DNA of 64,000 nt from an uncultured Verrucomicrobiae bacterium (GCA_963812605.1 CAWEWF010000004.1:96001-160000); one strand, 5' to 3'. Counted from the first letter of the stretch, positions 50,390 through 61,182 are shown. Translations and numbers: made by a program. Notes: a model not told the origin generated them from the sequence alone.

Positions 50390-51460
50390 TTATTGAACGG
50401 TGGTATGCGAAGCCGAGACGACCGGTGCTGCCGACGCCGCTGCCGGAGCAGCTGCTGGCGCGGCCGGTGTGCTCGCGGCCGGCGTGGCTGCCGGAGCCGC
50501 CGTGGTTTGCTGTTGTTGCGGGATCACCAAACGCTGGCCATACTGGACCTTCTTCGGGTCGCTGATGCTGTTTGCCTTGAGGAGATCGTCGGTCTTGATC
50601 CCGTATTTCTTGGCGATGGTTGCGGGCGACTCGTTGAAGTCCACAATGTGGATCGTCTGGCCGTTCTCCTGGTACGTGCCCGGAGCCTGCCAGGCCGTTG
50701 ATGATGTCGGCGCAATGCCCGCGCTGACGGTGTTGGCCGTCATGTCCGTGGCCGCCTTGGCGGTTGCCGTCGGGAGATGCAGCTTCTGGCCGACCTTGAG
50801 TGAATCGCCGCTCAGGTTGTTGGCCTGTTTGATGGCCGCGACGCTGACATTCTGCAGCCGGGCGATTTTCCACAGTGAATCACCGGATTTGACCGTGTAG
50901 CTTCCGCCACCTGCATCCGATGCGACAGCAGCGGTCTCGGTCGCCGATATTGTCGGTGATGGCGTGCTTGCGTCGGACGGAGTCGGGACCACCGAGGCCG
51001 TCGCGATATTTGTCTTTTCGGCTTTCGCCAGGGCCGGGACCGTGAGTTTCTGGCCGACCTTGAGGGTGCTGGTCTTCGTCAGGTTGTTCGCGCGGGAGAG
51101 TTCCCCGACGCTGATATTCTCTGCTTTCGAGATCTTCCAGAGCGAATCACCTTTTTTAACGACGTAGCTGTGCGCTGACGCTGTCGAGGCTGGCGCTGTG
51201 ACCGACGCTGTCGAGGCCACCGTTTCGTTGCCCGCCACCGAATTCGGCGCGAGCGAGCCTGGCGCGCTCGGACCCGTTGGATTCGGCATTGATGCCGTTT
51301 GGTTATTGGTTGCGCCGGCCGGTCCGCTGTCCGACGGTTCGTTGGCCGCCATGTCTGGCGTGCTGGTTCGGGATCGTGAGCATCCCTCAAAGACGACGAT
51401 ACCCCCGATGACGAGGACGTGCAGGGCCACTACGATGAGGACGACTTTTGAGACTTTCAT
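50390..51460 (-). CDS. Membrane-anchored or lipoprotein with three LysM domains
   Basis: N-terminal hydrophobic helix ending FEGC; YVVKKGDSLWKIS, YTVKSGDSLWKIA and HIVDFNESPATIAKKYG LysM repeats. Confidence 0.9.
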   Translation of the reverse strand: MKVSKVVLIVVALHVLVIGGIVVFEGCSRSRTSTPDMAANEPSDSGPAGATNNQTASMPNPTGPSAPGSLAPNSVAGNETVASTASVTAPASTASAHSYVVKKGDSLWKISKAENISVGELSRANNLTKTSTLKVGQKLTVPALAKAEKTNIATASVVPTPSDASTPSPTISATETAAVASDAGGGSYTVKSGDSLWKIARLQNVSVAAIKQANNLSGDSLKVGQKLHLPTATAKAATDMTANTVSAGIAPTSSTAWQAPGTYQENGQTIHIVDFNESPATIAKKYGIKTDDLLKANSISDPKKVQYGQRLVIPQQQQTTAAPAATPAASTPAAPAAAPAAASAAPVVSASHTTVQ

Positions 51461-51524
51461 TGGTTCCTTTCGTTACGTTGTGCTGGTTGCTAGCTTGCTG
51501 TTGGGCAAACCTTGTTCTTGTTTT

Positions 51525-52889
51525 TCACTGAATATTAAAGACATGCCGTTTGAATTCGTCCCCGCGATGTTCATAGTTTTCAAACATGTCGAAGCTGGCG
51601 CACGCCGGCGACAGCAACACCGTGTCACCGGGGAGGGTATGGCTGGCGGCAACACGCACCGCCTCCTCCATCGAGAACGCCCGTATGCACGGCACCACCT
51701 TGGACCAGGCGTGCCACATCTCGTTCTGTGCTTCACCGATCAACACCGCCAGCTTGACCTTTTCGTTGACCACTCGCTTCAAGGATGCAAAATCCAAACC
51801 CTTATCGCGCCCTCCCGCGATCAGGACCGAACGTCCCGGTAGCGAACGCAGCGCCTTCTCGACGGCGTCACCGTTGGTGGCCTTCGAATCGTTGATGAAG
51901 GATACTCCATCGACTTCCGTCACAAACTCGCAGCGGTGCGGTTGCGGGCAGTACGCGCAAATCGCTTCGCGCATTCGCGATACCGGCAATCCCACCGCCA
52001 GGCCGGTCGCGAGGGTCGCGAGCACGTTCTCCGCGTTATGCGCTCCCCGCAGGCTCGTCTCGCTCATCTTCATCAGAATGCCGTTGCACTCGGGCAGGCG
52101 AGACCAAATCGTGTCGTTGTCAGACGAGTCCAGCCAAACGTCCGCCGGGTGGTTGTAGGCGCTAAAAGTGATGGCCCGGGCCCGGATCGGCAGGCACATA
52201 TGTCGCAATTGCTTTAGCGCCTCAACGCTAATCACCGCCGTGTCTTCCGGTTGTTGGTTCAAAAGCACCAGGGCTTTCGCCGCGGCGTAGTCGTCCATCG
52301 ACTCGTAGCGGTCGAGATGGTCCGGCGTGATGTTCAACAGCACCGAGATATTCGCGCGGAACTGCTCGATCTTTTCGAGTTGGAACGAACTGACCTCGAG
52401 GACGAGCGCATCTAGCCCGGCGCTGGCTTCCACGGCGTCAGAAAATGCGTGGCCGATGTTCCCCGCCGCCACGGTGCGTTTACCGCAGCCAGTGAGTATC
52501 GTGGCGATCAATTCAGTCGTCGTCGTTTTGCCATTCGTGCCCGTGATCGCCACGATGGGGCAGAGGCAAAAGCGATACGCCAATTCCAATTCACTCAGCA
52601 TGGGCGTCTTTTGGGTGAGCACTTCGCGTACAATCGGCCTCTCGGGCGCGATGCCGGGACTGAGCACCGCGAGATCAAAGTGCTCCGAACGATCGTAGTG
52701 GTTGCCCAATTCGACGCGCACGCCGAGCTGGCGCAAGCGAATCGCCCGCTCCTGCAACAGGTCGTCTGTCGCGTCATCGCGCACCACCACGCGAGCCCCG
52801 TCGCGCTGCAGCAGGGACGCCGCCGCCATTCCACTCCGCCCCAACCCCAGCACCAACACGTCCTTGCCGCTTAATTTCATCGTCTGCAT
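51525..52889 (-). CDS. murD: UDP-MurNAc-L-Ala--D-Glu ligase
   Basis: GLGRSG, ITGTNGKTT, LEVSSFQL, DHLDRY, NDSKATN, LSPACASFD. Confidence 0.96.
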   Translation of the reverse strand: MQTMKLSGKDVLVLGLGRSGMAAASLLQRDGARVVVRDDATDDLLQERAIRLRQLGVRVELGNHYDRSEHFDLAVLSPGIAPERPIVREVLTQKTPMLSELELAYRFCLCPIVAITGTNGKTTTTELIATILTGCGKRTVAAGNIGHAFSDAVEASAGLDALVLEVSSFQLEKIEQFRANISVLLNITPDHLDRYESMDDYAAAKALVLLNQQPEDTAVISVEALKQLRHMCLPIRARAITFSAYNHPADVWLDSSDNDTIWSRLPECNGILMKMSETSLRGAHNAENVLATLATGLAVGLPVSRMREAICAYCPQPHRCEFVTEVDGVSFINDSKATNGDAVEKALRSLPGRSVLIAGGRDKGLDFASLKRVVNEKVKLAVLIGEAQNEMWHAWSKVVPCIRAFSMEEAVRVAASHTLPGDTVLLSPACASFDMFENYEHRGDEFKRHVFNIQ

Positions 52890-52896
52890 TATCCCA

Positions 52897-53994
52897 TTAC
52901 CTCAGTTTCAATGTCGCCAATCCCAGCAGCGCAAAGATCACGGACATCACCCAAAACCTTGTCGTCACTTTGGTCTCGGACCAACCGCGCAGTTCGAAAT
53001 GATGGTGCAACGGCGCCATCGCGAAAATCCGTTTGCCGCGCAGCTTGAAGCTTGCGACCTGCAGGATCACGGAAAACGCCTCCATCACGAAAATTCCGCC
53101 GACGATGATCAGCGCCGCTTCCTGTTTGATCATTACCGCAATTGCGCCGATCAATCCCCCAATGGCCAGTGAACCTGTATCGCCCATGAACACCTGGGCG
53201 GGATGGCAATTGAACCAGAGAAACCCCAGGCTCGCCCCAATCAGCGCCGCGCACACGACGGTCAGCTCGCCGGACCCGGGCACAAACGGTACCTGCAGGT
53301 AGTTGGCGAAGCGAAAGTTGCCGGCGACGAAGCACATCACCGCGTAGGCCAGCGCCACCGTCAGCGTGCAGCCCGTGGCCAAACCGTCCAGCCCGTCCGT
53401 CAGGTTCACCGCGTTCGAAGCGCCGACGATCACCACCACGACGACGAGCAGCGTCCACCACCCCATGTCGGCGATCAGCGGCCCTTTCATGAACGGCACC
53501 ACCAGCTTCCTGGCCATCGGCCCGAGATGTGGATCGGTCAGCAACAGGGTGCCGACGAACAGTCCCAGCCCGATCTGGAAAAGAAATTTCGTTTTGCCGC
53601 GTATGCCGGCCGACTTCTTCGACTGCACCTTGGCCCAATCGTCGAGGAACCCCACGCCGCCGAGCCAGATCAGGGTTGCCAGGCAGATCAAGACGAGTTG
53701 ATTGGTCGGACGCGCCCAAAGCAGAATCGAATCCACGACCGCCCAGATGATCAGGATGCCGCCCATGGTCGGGCAGGCCTTCTTGCCGTGAGCTACCGCC
53801 AATTCCCGCAGATCGTCCTCGCCACGAATCGGTTGTTGAAACTTCATTTCGACAAGACGGCGAATCAGCCACGGTCCCGACACGATACAGATGAGCATTG
53901 CCGTGATGGCCGCGAACACCGCGCGGAAGGTCGTGTATTGAAACACGCGCAGCGGCGAAAACAAATCCGTGTACTCGCTTAAATAGTAAAACAT
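52897..53994 (-). CDS. mraY: Phospho-N-acetylmuramoyl-pentapeptide transferase
   Basis: PTMGG, NAVNLTDGLDGL, FMGDTGS, MAPLHHHFE. Confidence 0.97.
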   Translation of the reverse strand: MFYYLSEYTDLFSPLRVFQYTTFRAVFAAITAMLICIVSGPWLIRRLVEMKFQQPIRGEDDLRELAVAHGKKACPTMGGILIIWAVVDSILLWARPTNQLVLICLATLIWLGGVGFLDDWAKVQSKKSAGIRGKTKFLFQIGLGLFVGTLLLTDPHLGPMARKLVVPFMKGPLIADMGWWTLLVVVVVIVGASNAVNLTDGLDGLATGCTLTVALAYAVMCFVAGNFRFANYLQVPFVPGSGELTVVCAALIGASLGFLWFNCHPAQVFMGDTGSLAIGGLIGAIAVMIKQEAALIIVGGIFVMEAFSVILQVASFKLRGKRIFAMAPLHHHFELRGWSETKVTTRFWVMSVIFALLGLATLKLR

Positions 53995-54073
53995 CCACTC
54001 CTCGGTCCTTCACTTCCTCGCAGCGGTGCCGCTGCGCCATCCAGCACAGCCCCCCAAACTCCCTTTGGGCGCT

Positions 54074-55486
54074 TCAGGGAAGCGCCGCTACATTACTCTT
54101 GAATTCCTCCAACATTCGTTCCAACTGCAATCGTCGGGAACCCTTGATTAAAACGAAATCCCCTTCGCGTGCCAGTCCCCGCAATGTCTCCCCGGCCTCT
54201 TCCGCCGTCGCCAGTGACAGGATCCGATGCACCTCCATGCCGGCGGCAACGGCCCCCTGCGCGATCGACCGGGCGGATTCGCCAATGGTCACAAGGAACG
54301 CCAGGCCGCAATCGGCCGCCATTGTGCCGATGTCGCGATGCGCGCCTTCCGTCCATTCACCCAACTCCAACATATCGCCCAGCACCGCGACTTTGCGGCC
54401 CGCGCACGGCGTCTCGCGCATCATCTCCAGCGCGGCTTTCATCGAGACCACGTTCGCGTTGTAGCAATCGTTCACAAACCGCACACCCCCGATCATGACC
54501 GGCTCCATGCGCATGCGCGGAAACTGTGCGCTCTCCAGGCCCAGGCAAATCTCGTCCAGGTCCATGCCCGCGAAATAGCCTACCGCAGCCGCCTGCAGGG
54601 CGTTGTAAATCTGATGGCGACCCAGCGTCTTGAGCCGAATGATCACGTCTTCGCGCTTCTTCGCGATGTTCAGGCGGAATTTAACATCGCCGTTGATTTT
54701 GATTTCACTGGCGCGGACATCCGCAAAATTCTCAATGCCAACCGTGACCACCGTCGCGTTCGTGCGGCTCCGCAGTTCCGCGCACCACGGGTCATCGGCA
54801 TTCAGCACCGCCAGGCCATCGCCGTTTCGCGGCAGGGCTTCCAGCAGAGAACCTTTCTCCTTTGCCACCCCGGATTCGTCCCCGAAGAACTCGACATGCC
54901 CGAGTCCGATGTTGGTAATCACGCCGATATCCGGCTTCACCATCCCGGTGAGGACGGCGATTTCACCCGGATGATTCGTGCCGAGTTCGAACACGCCGAA
55001 GTCGTGGGCGGGATCCAGTCGCAACAGGTTGAGCGGCACGCCAATGTGGTTGTTGTTATTCCCCGACGATTCCACCACGTTGAACCGCTCGCCGAGCACC
55101 GCGGCGATGAGTTCTTTCGTGGTCGTTTTCCCGCTCGAGCCGGTGACGGCGACGAGGCGGGTCGTTGGAGGCATCAGTCGGCGGTAGTTCGTTGCGAGTT
55201 TGTGCAATGCGGTGAGGGTGTCTTGCACTTGGAGAAGCGACAAGGCACTAGGCGAGTTCATTGCACGGGTAGGATTCGAGACTACCGCCGCTGATGCCCC
55301 CAATCGGGCCACATCCGGGATAAATTCATGTCCGTCAAAATGCGGGCCGCGCAGCGCGACAAAGCAGTCGCCCCGGCCCAACGCGCGTGAGTCGATGCTG
55401 ATCCGCTCGACGATCCGTTCGGGTTCGCCGCGAATCAGCCGCGCTTCACAAAGTTCTGCCAACTGTTCTAAACGCAAGGTTTCCAC
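54074..55486 (-). CDS. murF: UDP-MurNAc-tripeptide--D-Ala-D-Ala ligase
   Basis: VTGSSGKTTTKE, NNHIGVP, NDCYNAN, LGDMLELG, KGSR. Confidence 0.96.
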   Translation of the reverse strand: METLRLEQLAELCEARLIRGEPERIVERISIDSRALGRGDCFVALRGPHFDGHEFIPDVARLGASAAVVSNPTRAMNSPSALSLLQVQDTLTALHKLATNYRRLMPPTTRLVAVTGSSGKTTTKELIAAVLGERFNVVESSGNNNNHIGVPLNLLRLDPAHDFGVFELGTNHPGEIAVLTGMVKPDIGVITNIGLGHVEFFGDESGVAKEKGSLLEALPRNGDGLAVLNADDPWCAELRSRTNATVVTVGIENFADVRASEIKINGDVKFRLNIAKKREDVIIRLKTLGRHQIYNALQAAAVGYFAGMDLDEICLGLESAQFPRMRMEPVMIGGVRFVNDCYNANVVSMKAALEMMRETPCAGRKVAVLGDMLELGEWTEGAHRDIGTMAADCGLAFLVTIGESARSIAQGAVAAGMEVHRILSLATAEEAGETLRGLAREGDFVLIKGSRRLQLERMLEEFKSNVAALP

Positions 55487-56963
55487 CGTGTTCCACTCAG
55501 GTTGGAGTATTGTTCCACGACGAGACGGTCATTGAACGGCACGACCGTGTCCGCAAATTCCTGGTACGCCTCATGACCCTTGCCCGCGATGAGCACCGTG
55601 TCGCCGGGCCGCGCGATGTCCAGCGCCCGCTCAATGGCCTCGCGCCGGTCTTCGATGACCTGGTAACGACGCACCGTGCTGGCCCAGAATCCCTCCTCGA
55701 TTTGCCGCAGAATCTCGCGGGGATCCTCCGTGCGCGGATTGTCGCTCGTAAGAATCGAAAAGTCCGCCAGGTCGGCGGCGGCTTCTCCCATCGACTTGCG
55801 CTTGCCCTTGTCGCGGTCTCCCCCGCAGCCGAACACCACGATCAGCCGCCCGCGTGTCAACTCACTCAGGGTGACGAGGACATTGCGCAACGCGTCCGCC
55901 GTGTGGGCGTAGTCGACAAAAACACCGTAGCCTTCCCGGCTGTCGATCCTCTCGACCCGGCCGGTACCGGCCGAAATCTGGCCAGGGCCCGTTCGATCGT
56001 CTGAAGATCGATACCGAGCGCCAGGCTCGCACTGATGGCTGCCAGCGCGTTGGACACATTGTAGCGCCCAATCAGCGGAAGTGACATCGGGATACTGCCC
56101 TCGGGCGTGTGGACGACGAAGTAACTTCCCTCCGCCGACACGCGCACGTCCTCGGCGCGAACGATGGCCGCGCTTGAAACGCCGTAGCTGACTACGGCGT
56201 GGTCCCCACCCAAGCGCTTGATCAATTCACGACCGTATGCGTTATCCGCATTCACAACCGCGCGGCCCGCCTTTCGGACAGTGCCCAACGCGCTGAACAG
56301 CTTAACTTTTGCCTCAAAATACTTCTTCATCGTGCCGTGGTAATCGAGGTGGTCCTGCGAAAGATTGGTGAACATGGCCACGTCAAAGTCCACTTCCGCC
56401 ACGCGCGATTGATCGAGCGCATGCGAGCTGACTTCCATCGACACGCCGCCGCAGCCCGCCAACAACATCTGGCTCATCATTTCCTGGATCTCAACCGACT
56501 CCGGGGTCGTGCGCGACGCGGGAATCACCCGCTGTCCGATCTGGTACTGCACCGTTCCCAGCAGTCCGCAGGGAAAACCGGCCGCTTCCATGATCGCGCG
56601 CACCATGAAGGCCGTCGTGGTTTTGCCATTCGTGCCCGTGATGCCCACCACCTTCAAGCTTTGCGACGGATGATTATAAAACTGCGCCGAAGCCTGCGCC
56701 ATTGACCGACGCGCGTCGCGAACCTTGATGCGGGTGGCTCGTTGACGAAAGCTGGCGTCGTTCTCCAGCACCACCGCCAGGGCGCCGCGGTCAATCGCGG
56801 CGTCCACGAAGCGGTGTCCATCCGTCCGTTCCCCGCGAACCGCCACAAACAAATTGCCGGGCATGACCCGCCGCGAATCACACGTGATACCGGTGATTTC
56901 GCGGTCCAGCGTGCCCTCGACGGCCAGCGGCTTTACAGTTTTTACGATTTCGGCCAGGTTCAT
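55468..56963 (-). CDS. murE: UDP-MurNAc-dipeptide--meso-DAP ligase (frameshift near 55950)
   Basis: ITGTNGKTT, MEVSSHAL, DHLDYH, VDYAHT, GCGGDRD, DNPR (DAP specificity), AGKGHE. Confidence 0.95.
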
Positions 56964-58687
56964 GACAGTTTTGCGACCTCGGCTTGTGGAGTTTGCGGCG
57001 TTTGTGGTTCGATTCCCAAATACTCGGCGACTTTTTCCGCCACGTCGCGGAAGACAGGTCCGGCAACGGATCCGCCGTAGAACGCGCCACCGGACGGATC
57101 ATCCAGGGACACTAAAATTGATATCTGCGGGTCCGCCGCCGGGAAATAGCCGATAAATGACGAATAATACTTGCGGACATATTGGCCGTTCTCGACCTTC
57201 TGCGCCGTGCCCGTCTTGCCGGCAACGTCGAAACCCGGCAGACCAGCCTTCGGGGCGGTTCCGTCCGGGCCGACCACCTTGCGCAACGCCGTCGTCATCA
57301 ACATGCACGTGCGCGGTGAAATAACCGGGCCCACTTGCTGCGGTTCATACTGGAGAATCGGGGTCCCGTCCTGGTCCATGATGCTCTTGACGATCATCGG
57401 CTTCATGCGCACGCCGTTGTTGGCGATGGTGTTCATCGCCATCAACATTTGCAGGGACGTAACGGCTATCTCGTGGCCCATCGGGATGCGTGTGATTGAA
57501 AGACTGTTCCAACGGGCCAGCGGATGCGCGATGCCGGACACTTCCCCGGGCAGTGCGATGTCCGTCTTGTGGCCGAAGCCGAAACGCCGGATGTACTCGG
57601 CGAGTCGCGCCGGTCCCATGCGCAGCCCCACCTTCGCGGCGCCGATATTGCTGGAATGGAACAGGATTCCCTCGACGTCCAGGACTCCGTACGGATGCGC
57701 ATCATGCAAAATACGGCCGGCATACATGAACGCCCCGTTCTCACAGTCAAACTGATCGGTGAGACTGACAATGCCTTCATTGAGCGCGCCGGAACAAACG
57801 ACGATCTTGAAGGTCGAGCCCGGCTCGGCCACGTCGCTGATGCAGCGATTACGGCGGGCGTCGGCCGATCCAGCGTCCATGTCGGTCGGGTCGAACGTGG
57901 GTCGCGAACTCATCGCGAGGATTTCGCCGGTCTTCGGGCGCGAGATAATGATCACTCCCGCCTGCGGCTTGAACTCGACCATGGCCTTGTCCAGCTCCTG
58001 TTCGGCCACGTGCTGGATCACCTGGTCAATCGTCAGGACAACATTGAAACCGTCACGCGGCCCCAGTTCCTCGTTGCGCAGCGCCCGAATCTCGTGCCCT
58101 TTGCGGTCGCGCTCGATGATCTCATACCCTGCCTGCCCCTCCAGGTAATCGTCCATGGACGCTTCGATGCCCTGGACTCCCTTGTACTCGGAGTTAACAA
58201 AACCAATGACGTGGCTGGCCAGGGGGCCGTTGGGATACGAGCGGACGAATTGGTCCTCGAAGGAAATGCCCTTCAACTTCATGGCGCGGATCTTCTGGAC
58301 GGTGTCTTCGTCGAGTTTCGCGCGCGGGTTCAGGCGGACGTAATGCGACTGGCTGCTGAGTTTTTCGGTCAACGATTCCGCGTCCGTCTTCAACAAGGGC
58401 GCCAGCTTTTCCGCAATCGAAGCGGCCTGGGGCGCGGTGATCGTTGCATCCGCGGTGACGATGCGCACGGATAGACTGTTGGCGAGCAGATTGCCATTCG
58501 CATCCAGGATCGCGCCACGGCGACCTTGCTGGTGGACAACCTGCTCGCGATTTGCCTGGGCCAAAGCGCTGAGTTCCCGGTGCTGCAGGATGTGCAAATC
58601 AAAAAGACGAAAGCCCAGCGCCAGGAAAACAGACGCCAATGCGCCAATCACGATCAACGCCCGGCCTTTTTGTGGCGCCAGGATCAT
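56960..58687 (-). CDS. ftsI: Class B penicillin-binding protein FtsI/PBP3
   Basis: RRGAILD, RSYPNG, EPGSTFK (SxxK), SSN, KTGTAQ. Confidence 0.94.
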   Translation of the reverse strand: MILAPQKGRALIVIGALASVFLALGFRLFDLHILQHRELSALAQANREQVVHQQGRRGAILDANGNLLANSLSVRIVTADATITAPQAASIAEKLAPLLKTDAESLTEKLSSQSHYVRLNPRAKLDEDTVQKIRAMKLKGISFEDQFVRSYPNGPLASHVIGFVNSEYKGVQGIEASMDDYLEGQAGYEIIERDRKGHEIRALRNEELGPRDGFNVVLTIDQVIQHVAEQELDKAMVEFKPQAGVIIISRPKTGEILAMSSRPTFDPTDMDAGSADARRNRCISDVAEPGSTFKIVVCSGALNEGIVSLTDQFDCENGAFMYAGRILHDAHPYGVLDVEGILFHSSNIGAAKVGLRMGPARLAEYIRRFGFGHKTDIALPGEVSGIAHPLARWNSLSITRIPMGHEIAVTSLQMLMAMNTIANNGVRMKPMIVKSIMDQDGTPILQYEPQQVGPVISPRTCMLMTTALRKVVGPDGTAPKAGLPGFDVAGKTGTAQKVENGQYVRKYYSSFIGYFPAADPQISILVSLDDPSGGAFYGGSVAGPVFRDVAEKVAEYLGIEPQTPQTPQAEVAKLS

Positions 58688-59068
58688 CGCTTCACCAGCG
58701 TTTTCGGTTGGACGTTGGGTGGCAGGCGGCGCGTTCGCCATTTGCATGTCCCACTCCGGGCCCGGTTCATAGAGACGCACAACCTGGCCCTCTTTCGGCG
58801 CGACCAGGCTCAGGTTGTACTGCTGGCACTCCGCTTCCAGTTGCGCGGGTGACTCCAAATGCGCCATTTGCGCGGCCAACATCATGTTGCGCTTCTGCGC
58901 CGAGGACAGGGCCGCTTCACGCTTCTTGATCTCGTCGCCCTGGCGATAGATCGCGTTCTTCTGCCAGACGTAACCCAAACCGCTCATGGCGATGCAAATG
59001 CATGCCACCAGTGATTTGGTCACCGTTCCGAACCTCAATTGCTCACGTTTGCGATTTCGCTTCATCAC
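58684..59068 (-). CDS. ftsL: FtsL-like cell division protein (reads in frame into ftsI in this assembly)
   Basis: Basic N-terminus, one TM helix, coiled coil, LESP motif; located between rsmH and ftsI; an alternative frame ends KTLVKR* with an ATGA overlap onto ftsI. Confidence 0.75.
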
Positions 59069-59078
59069 TCAAATTGTC

Positions 59079-59110
59079 CAGGGGGTCGGCCTCCTTGAAC
59101 CGACCCCCTG
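59079..59110. other. 11-bp GC-rich stem-loop between rsmH and ftsL
   Basis: CAGGGGGTCGG / CCGACCCCCTG perfect inverted repeat with a 10-nt loop. Confidence 0.55.
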
Positions 59111-59150
59111 CGGGGTTCCCCACCCCCTCGAACATTGTTGCTTTCCAGCT

Positions 59151-60099
59151 TCAAATTTTCTCCGCCACTCGCAGCTTCGCGCTGCGCGCCCGCGGGTTGT
59201 TGCGCACTTCCACCTCGTCGGCGATGACGGGTTTCCGCGTCACGATCCGCAAAACTTCTTTCCGGCCGCACGCGCACGCTGGTAGATCCGTCGGGCAGGT
59301 GCAACCGGTGCTTTTCTCGACAAAAAATTGTTTCACGATGCGGTCTTCCAGGGAATGGAAGGAGATGACGGCGATCCGCGCGCCCGATTTCAGAAACTGC
59401 GTGGCGCTCTCCAGGCCCCGCTTGAGATTGCCCAGTTCGTCATTCACCGCGATGCGCAGCGCCTGGAAAACCCGCGTGGCCGGATGGATTCCCCCGCGCT
59501 TTGGCCCGAGAACGCTCTCCACCAAGCGGGCGAGCTGGGTCGTGGTTTCCAGCGGCGTATCCTCGCGCTCGGCGATAATTTTGCGGGCAATCGCGCGCGC
59601 ACGCTTCTCTTCACCGTACACGCGGAAGATCCGGGCCAGTTCATCAAGGCCGGCGCGTGCGGAGGATGTCCCGGGCGGTGACGGCAGATTCGCCGTGGGA
59701 TTCGCGGGGTTGGCGGCTCATGCGCATATCGAGCGGGCCTTCCCGCTGAAAGCTGAAGCCCCGCCCGGGCTCGTCAAATTGACGGGAACTCACTCCGAGG
59801 TCGAATACGACCCCATCCACCGCTGTCACTCTCAGACTCATCAGCACTTTCTCCAACTCCACGTAGTTGGCGCGCACCAATTGAACGCGCGCCCCAAATT
59901 CACCCAACCGCTCGCGGCTCGCCGCGATTGCCTCCTCGTCCCAGTCCAGCCCGATCAACTGGCCCTCCGGCCCGCACGCGCGCAAAATCTCCCGCGCATG
60001 CCCGCCGCCGCCGACAGTACAATCCACGTACAATCCGCCGCGGCGCGGCTGCAACTGGTTTACGACCTCCTTGATTAGGACAGGGGTGTGATAGGTCAT
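59151..60099 (-). CDS. rsmH: 16S rRNA m4C1402 methyltransferase RsmH (frameshift near 59650)
   Basis: [62 protein letters not shown]. Confidence 0.95.
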
Positions 60100-60620
60100 G
60101 TGGAAGCCCGGATCGGTAGGAAATCAACGTCTTACGTACGCCGATCCTTGCCTCCTCTGACACACCTCCCCAACCCACTCACGGGAGCCTTCACTCCCGC
60201 CGCCATCGCCTCACGTGACCGCAACAGCCTTGCGAGTCCCCGCTCACAAGCGCGCGGCACGATGACTGCCCAACATTCGTCCGACCAAATGCCCAAATCC
60301 AACACGCGACCACGGGCTGCCGTTGGGACGCTCCCGTTTCACGTTTTCCACGGTGTAACTTGCGGAAATATCAATCACGTCGGTGGCCATCTCCGGCAAA
60401 CAGCCGCAGCCCCCCTCGATAATGACTGCGCCTCGCGCTACGGGGCGTGAGGCAGTCCGCGGTACTCCGTTGCCACCCGGCGAACTGACGATTCTGCCGT
60501 CCAACTTCGGAAAGGGATTCATCCGCGGCAATCGAAACTGCCGCATTTCGCCGCCCAGATTGGTCAGGCTGCGGTTCAAACTCAAAAAACCCATGATGCC
60601 ATCTCGACTCATTTCAGATC

Positions 60621-61073
60621 TCACAATCCCACCTGTTTGGCGGCTTCCGAAAATTTCTGCATCGCGTTGCGGTCAACCTTGGCCCAGCGGGCCGGCGACC
60701 AAATCTCAAAACGGTTGAGTGTCCCCACCAGCACCGCCTCTTTATCGAAGCCGGCGTGCCTTTTAAGCTCCTCGGTCAGGGCAATGCGCCCCTGCGAGTC
60801 GCAGGCCGAACCATGTGCCCGCGAGGCGATAACGCGGACCACATCGCGTCGCTTGTATTCCCCAATCGAAATGTCGTCGGCGCGCTCCAGCATCTTTTCC
60901 ATCGCCGATGCCGGCATCACCACCAGACAATTCTTTGGGTCGGGCAACACGTAAAACTCCTGCGAGCCTTTCACGGCGGCTCGCCATTTTGCCGGGATCG
61001 CTACACGCTTCTTTTCATCAACCGAGTGCCGAAACGTGCCAACGAACACCGTCCTTGTTAATGCCTTGACCAT
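60621..61073 (-). CDS. mraZ: Division/cell wall cluster transcriptional repressor MraZ
   Basis: FVGTFRHSVDEKKRVAIP, DSQGRI, VG..RFEIWS; heads the dcw cluster. Confidence 0.93.
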   Translation of the reverse strand: MVKALTRTVFVGTFRHSVDEKKRVAIPAKWRAAVKGSQEFYVLPDPKNCLVVMPASAMEKMLERADDISIGEYKRRDVVRVIASRAHGSACDSQGRIALTEELKRHAGFDKEAVLVGTLNRFEIWSPARWAKVDRNAMQKFSEAAKQVGL

Positions 61074-61104
61074 TGGATCGTGATTCCTCCTTGAAAATCA
61101 CCAT

Positions 61105-61182
61105 CCCCACTCTCCATCACCCTTGCCACTACAAATCCCCTTTGCTCCCCACTTTGTGACACACCCCCCCCTAAAGTGTCAA
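61105..61182 (-). promoter_or_regulatory. dcw promoter region with GTGGG-like MraZ-box repeats and a TTGACA -35
   Basis: Minus-strand GTGGGG/AGGGG/GTGGC/GTGAT/GTGGGG at ~10-11 bp period (61105-61152); TTGACA at 61177-61182. Confidence 0.6.

Noticed and set aside
60100-60620. RNase P RNA or tmRNA near mraZ
   Set aside because: No GAGGAAAGUCC / CAGAACCCGGCUUA motifs or tRNA-like ends were found on either strand.
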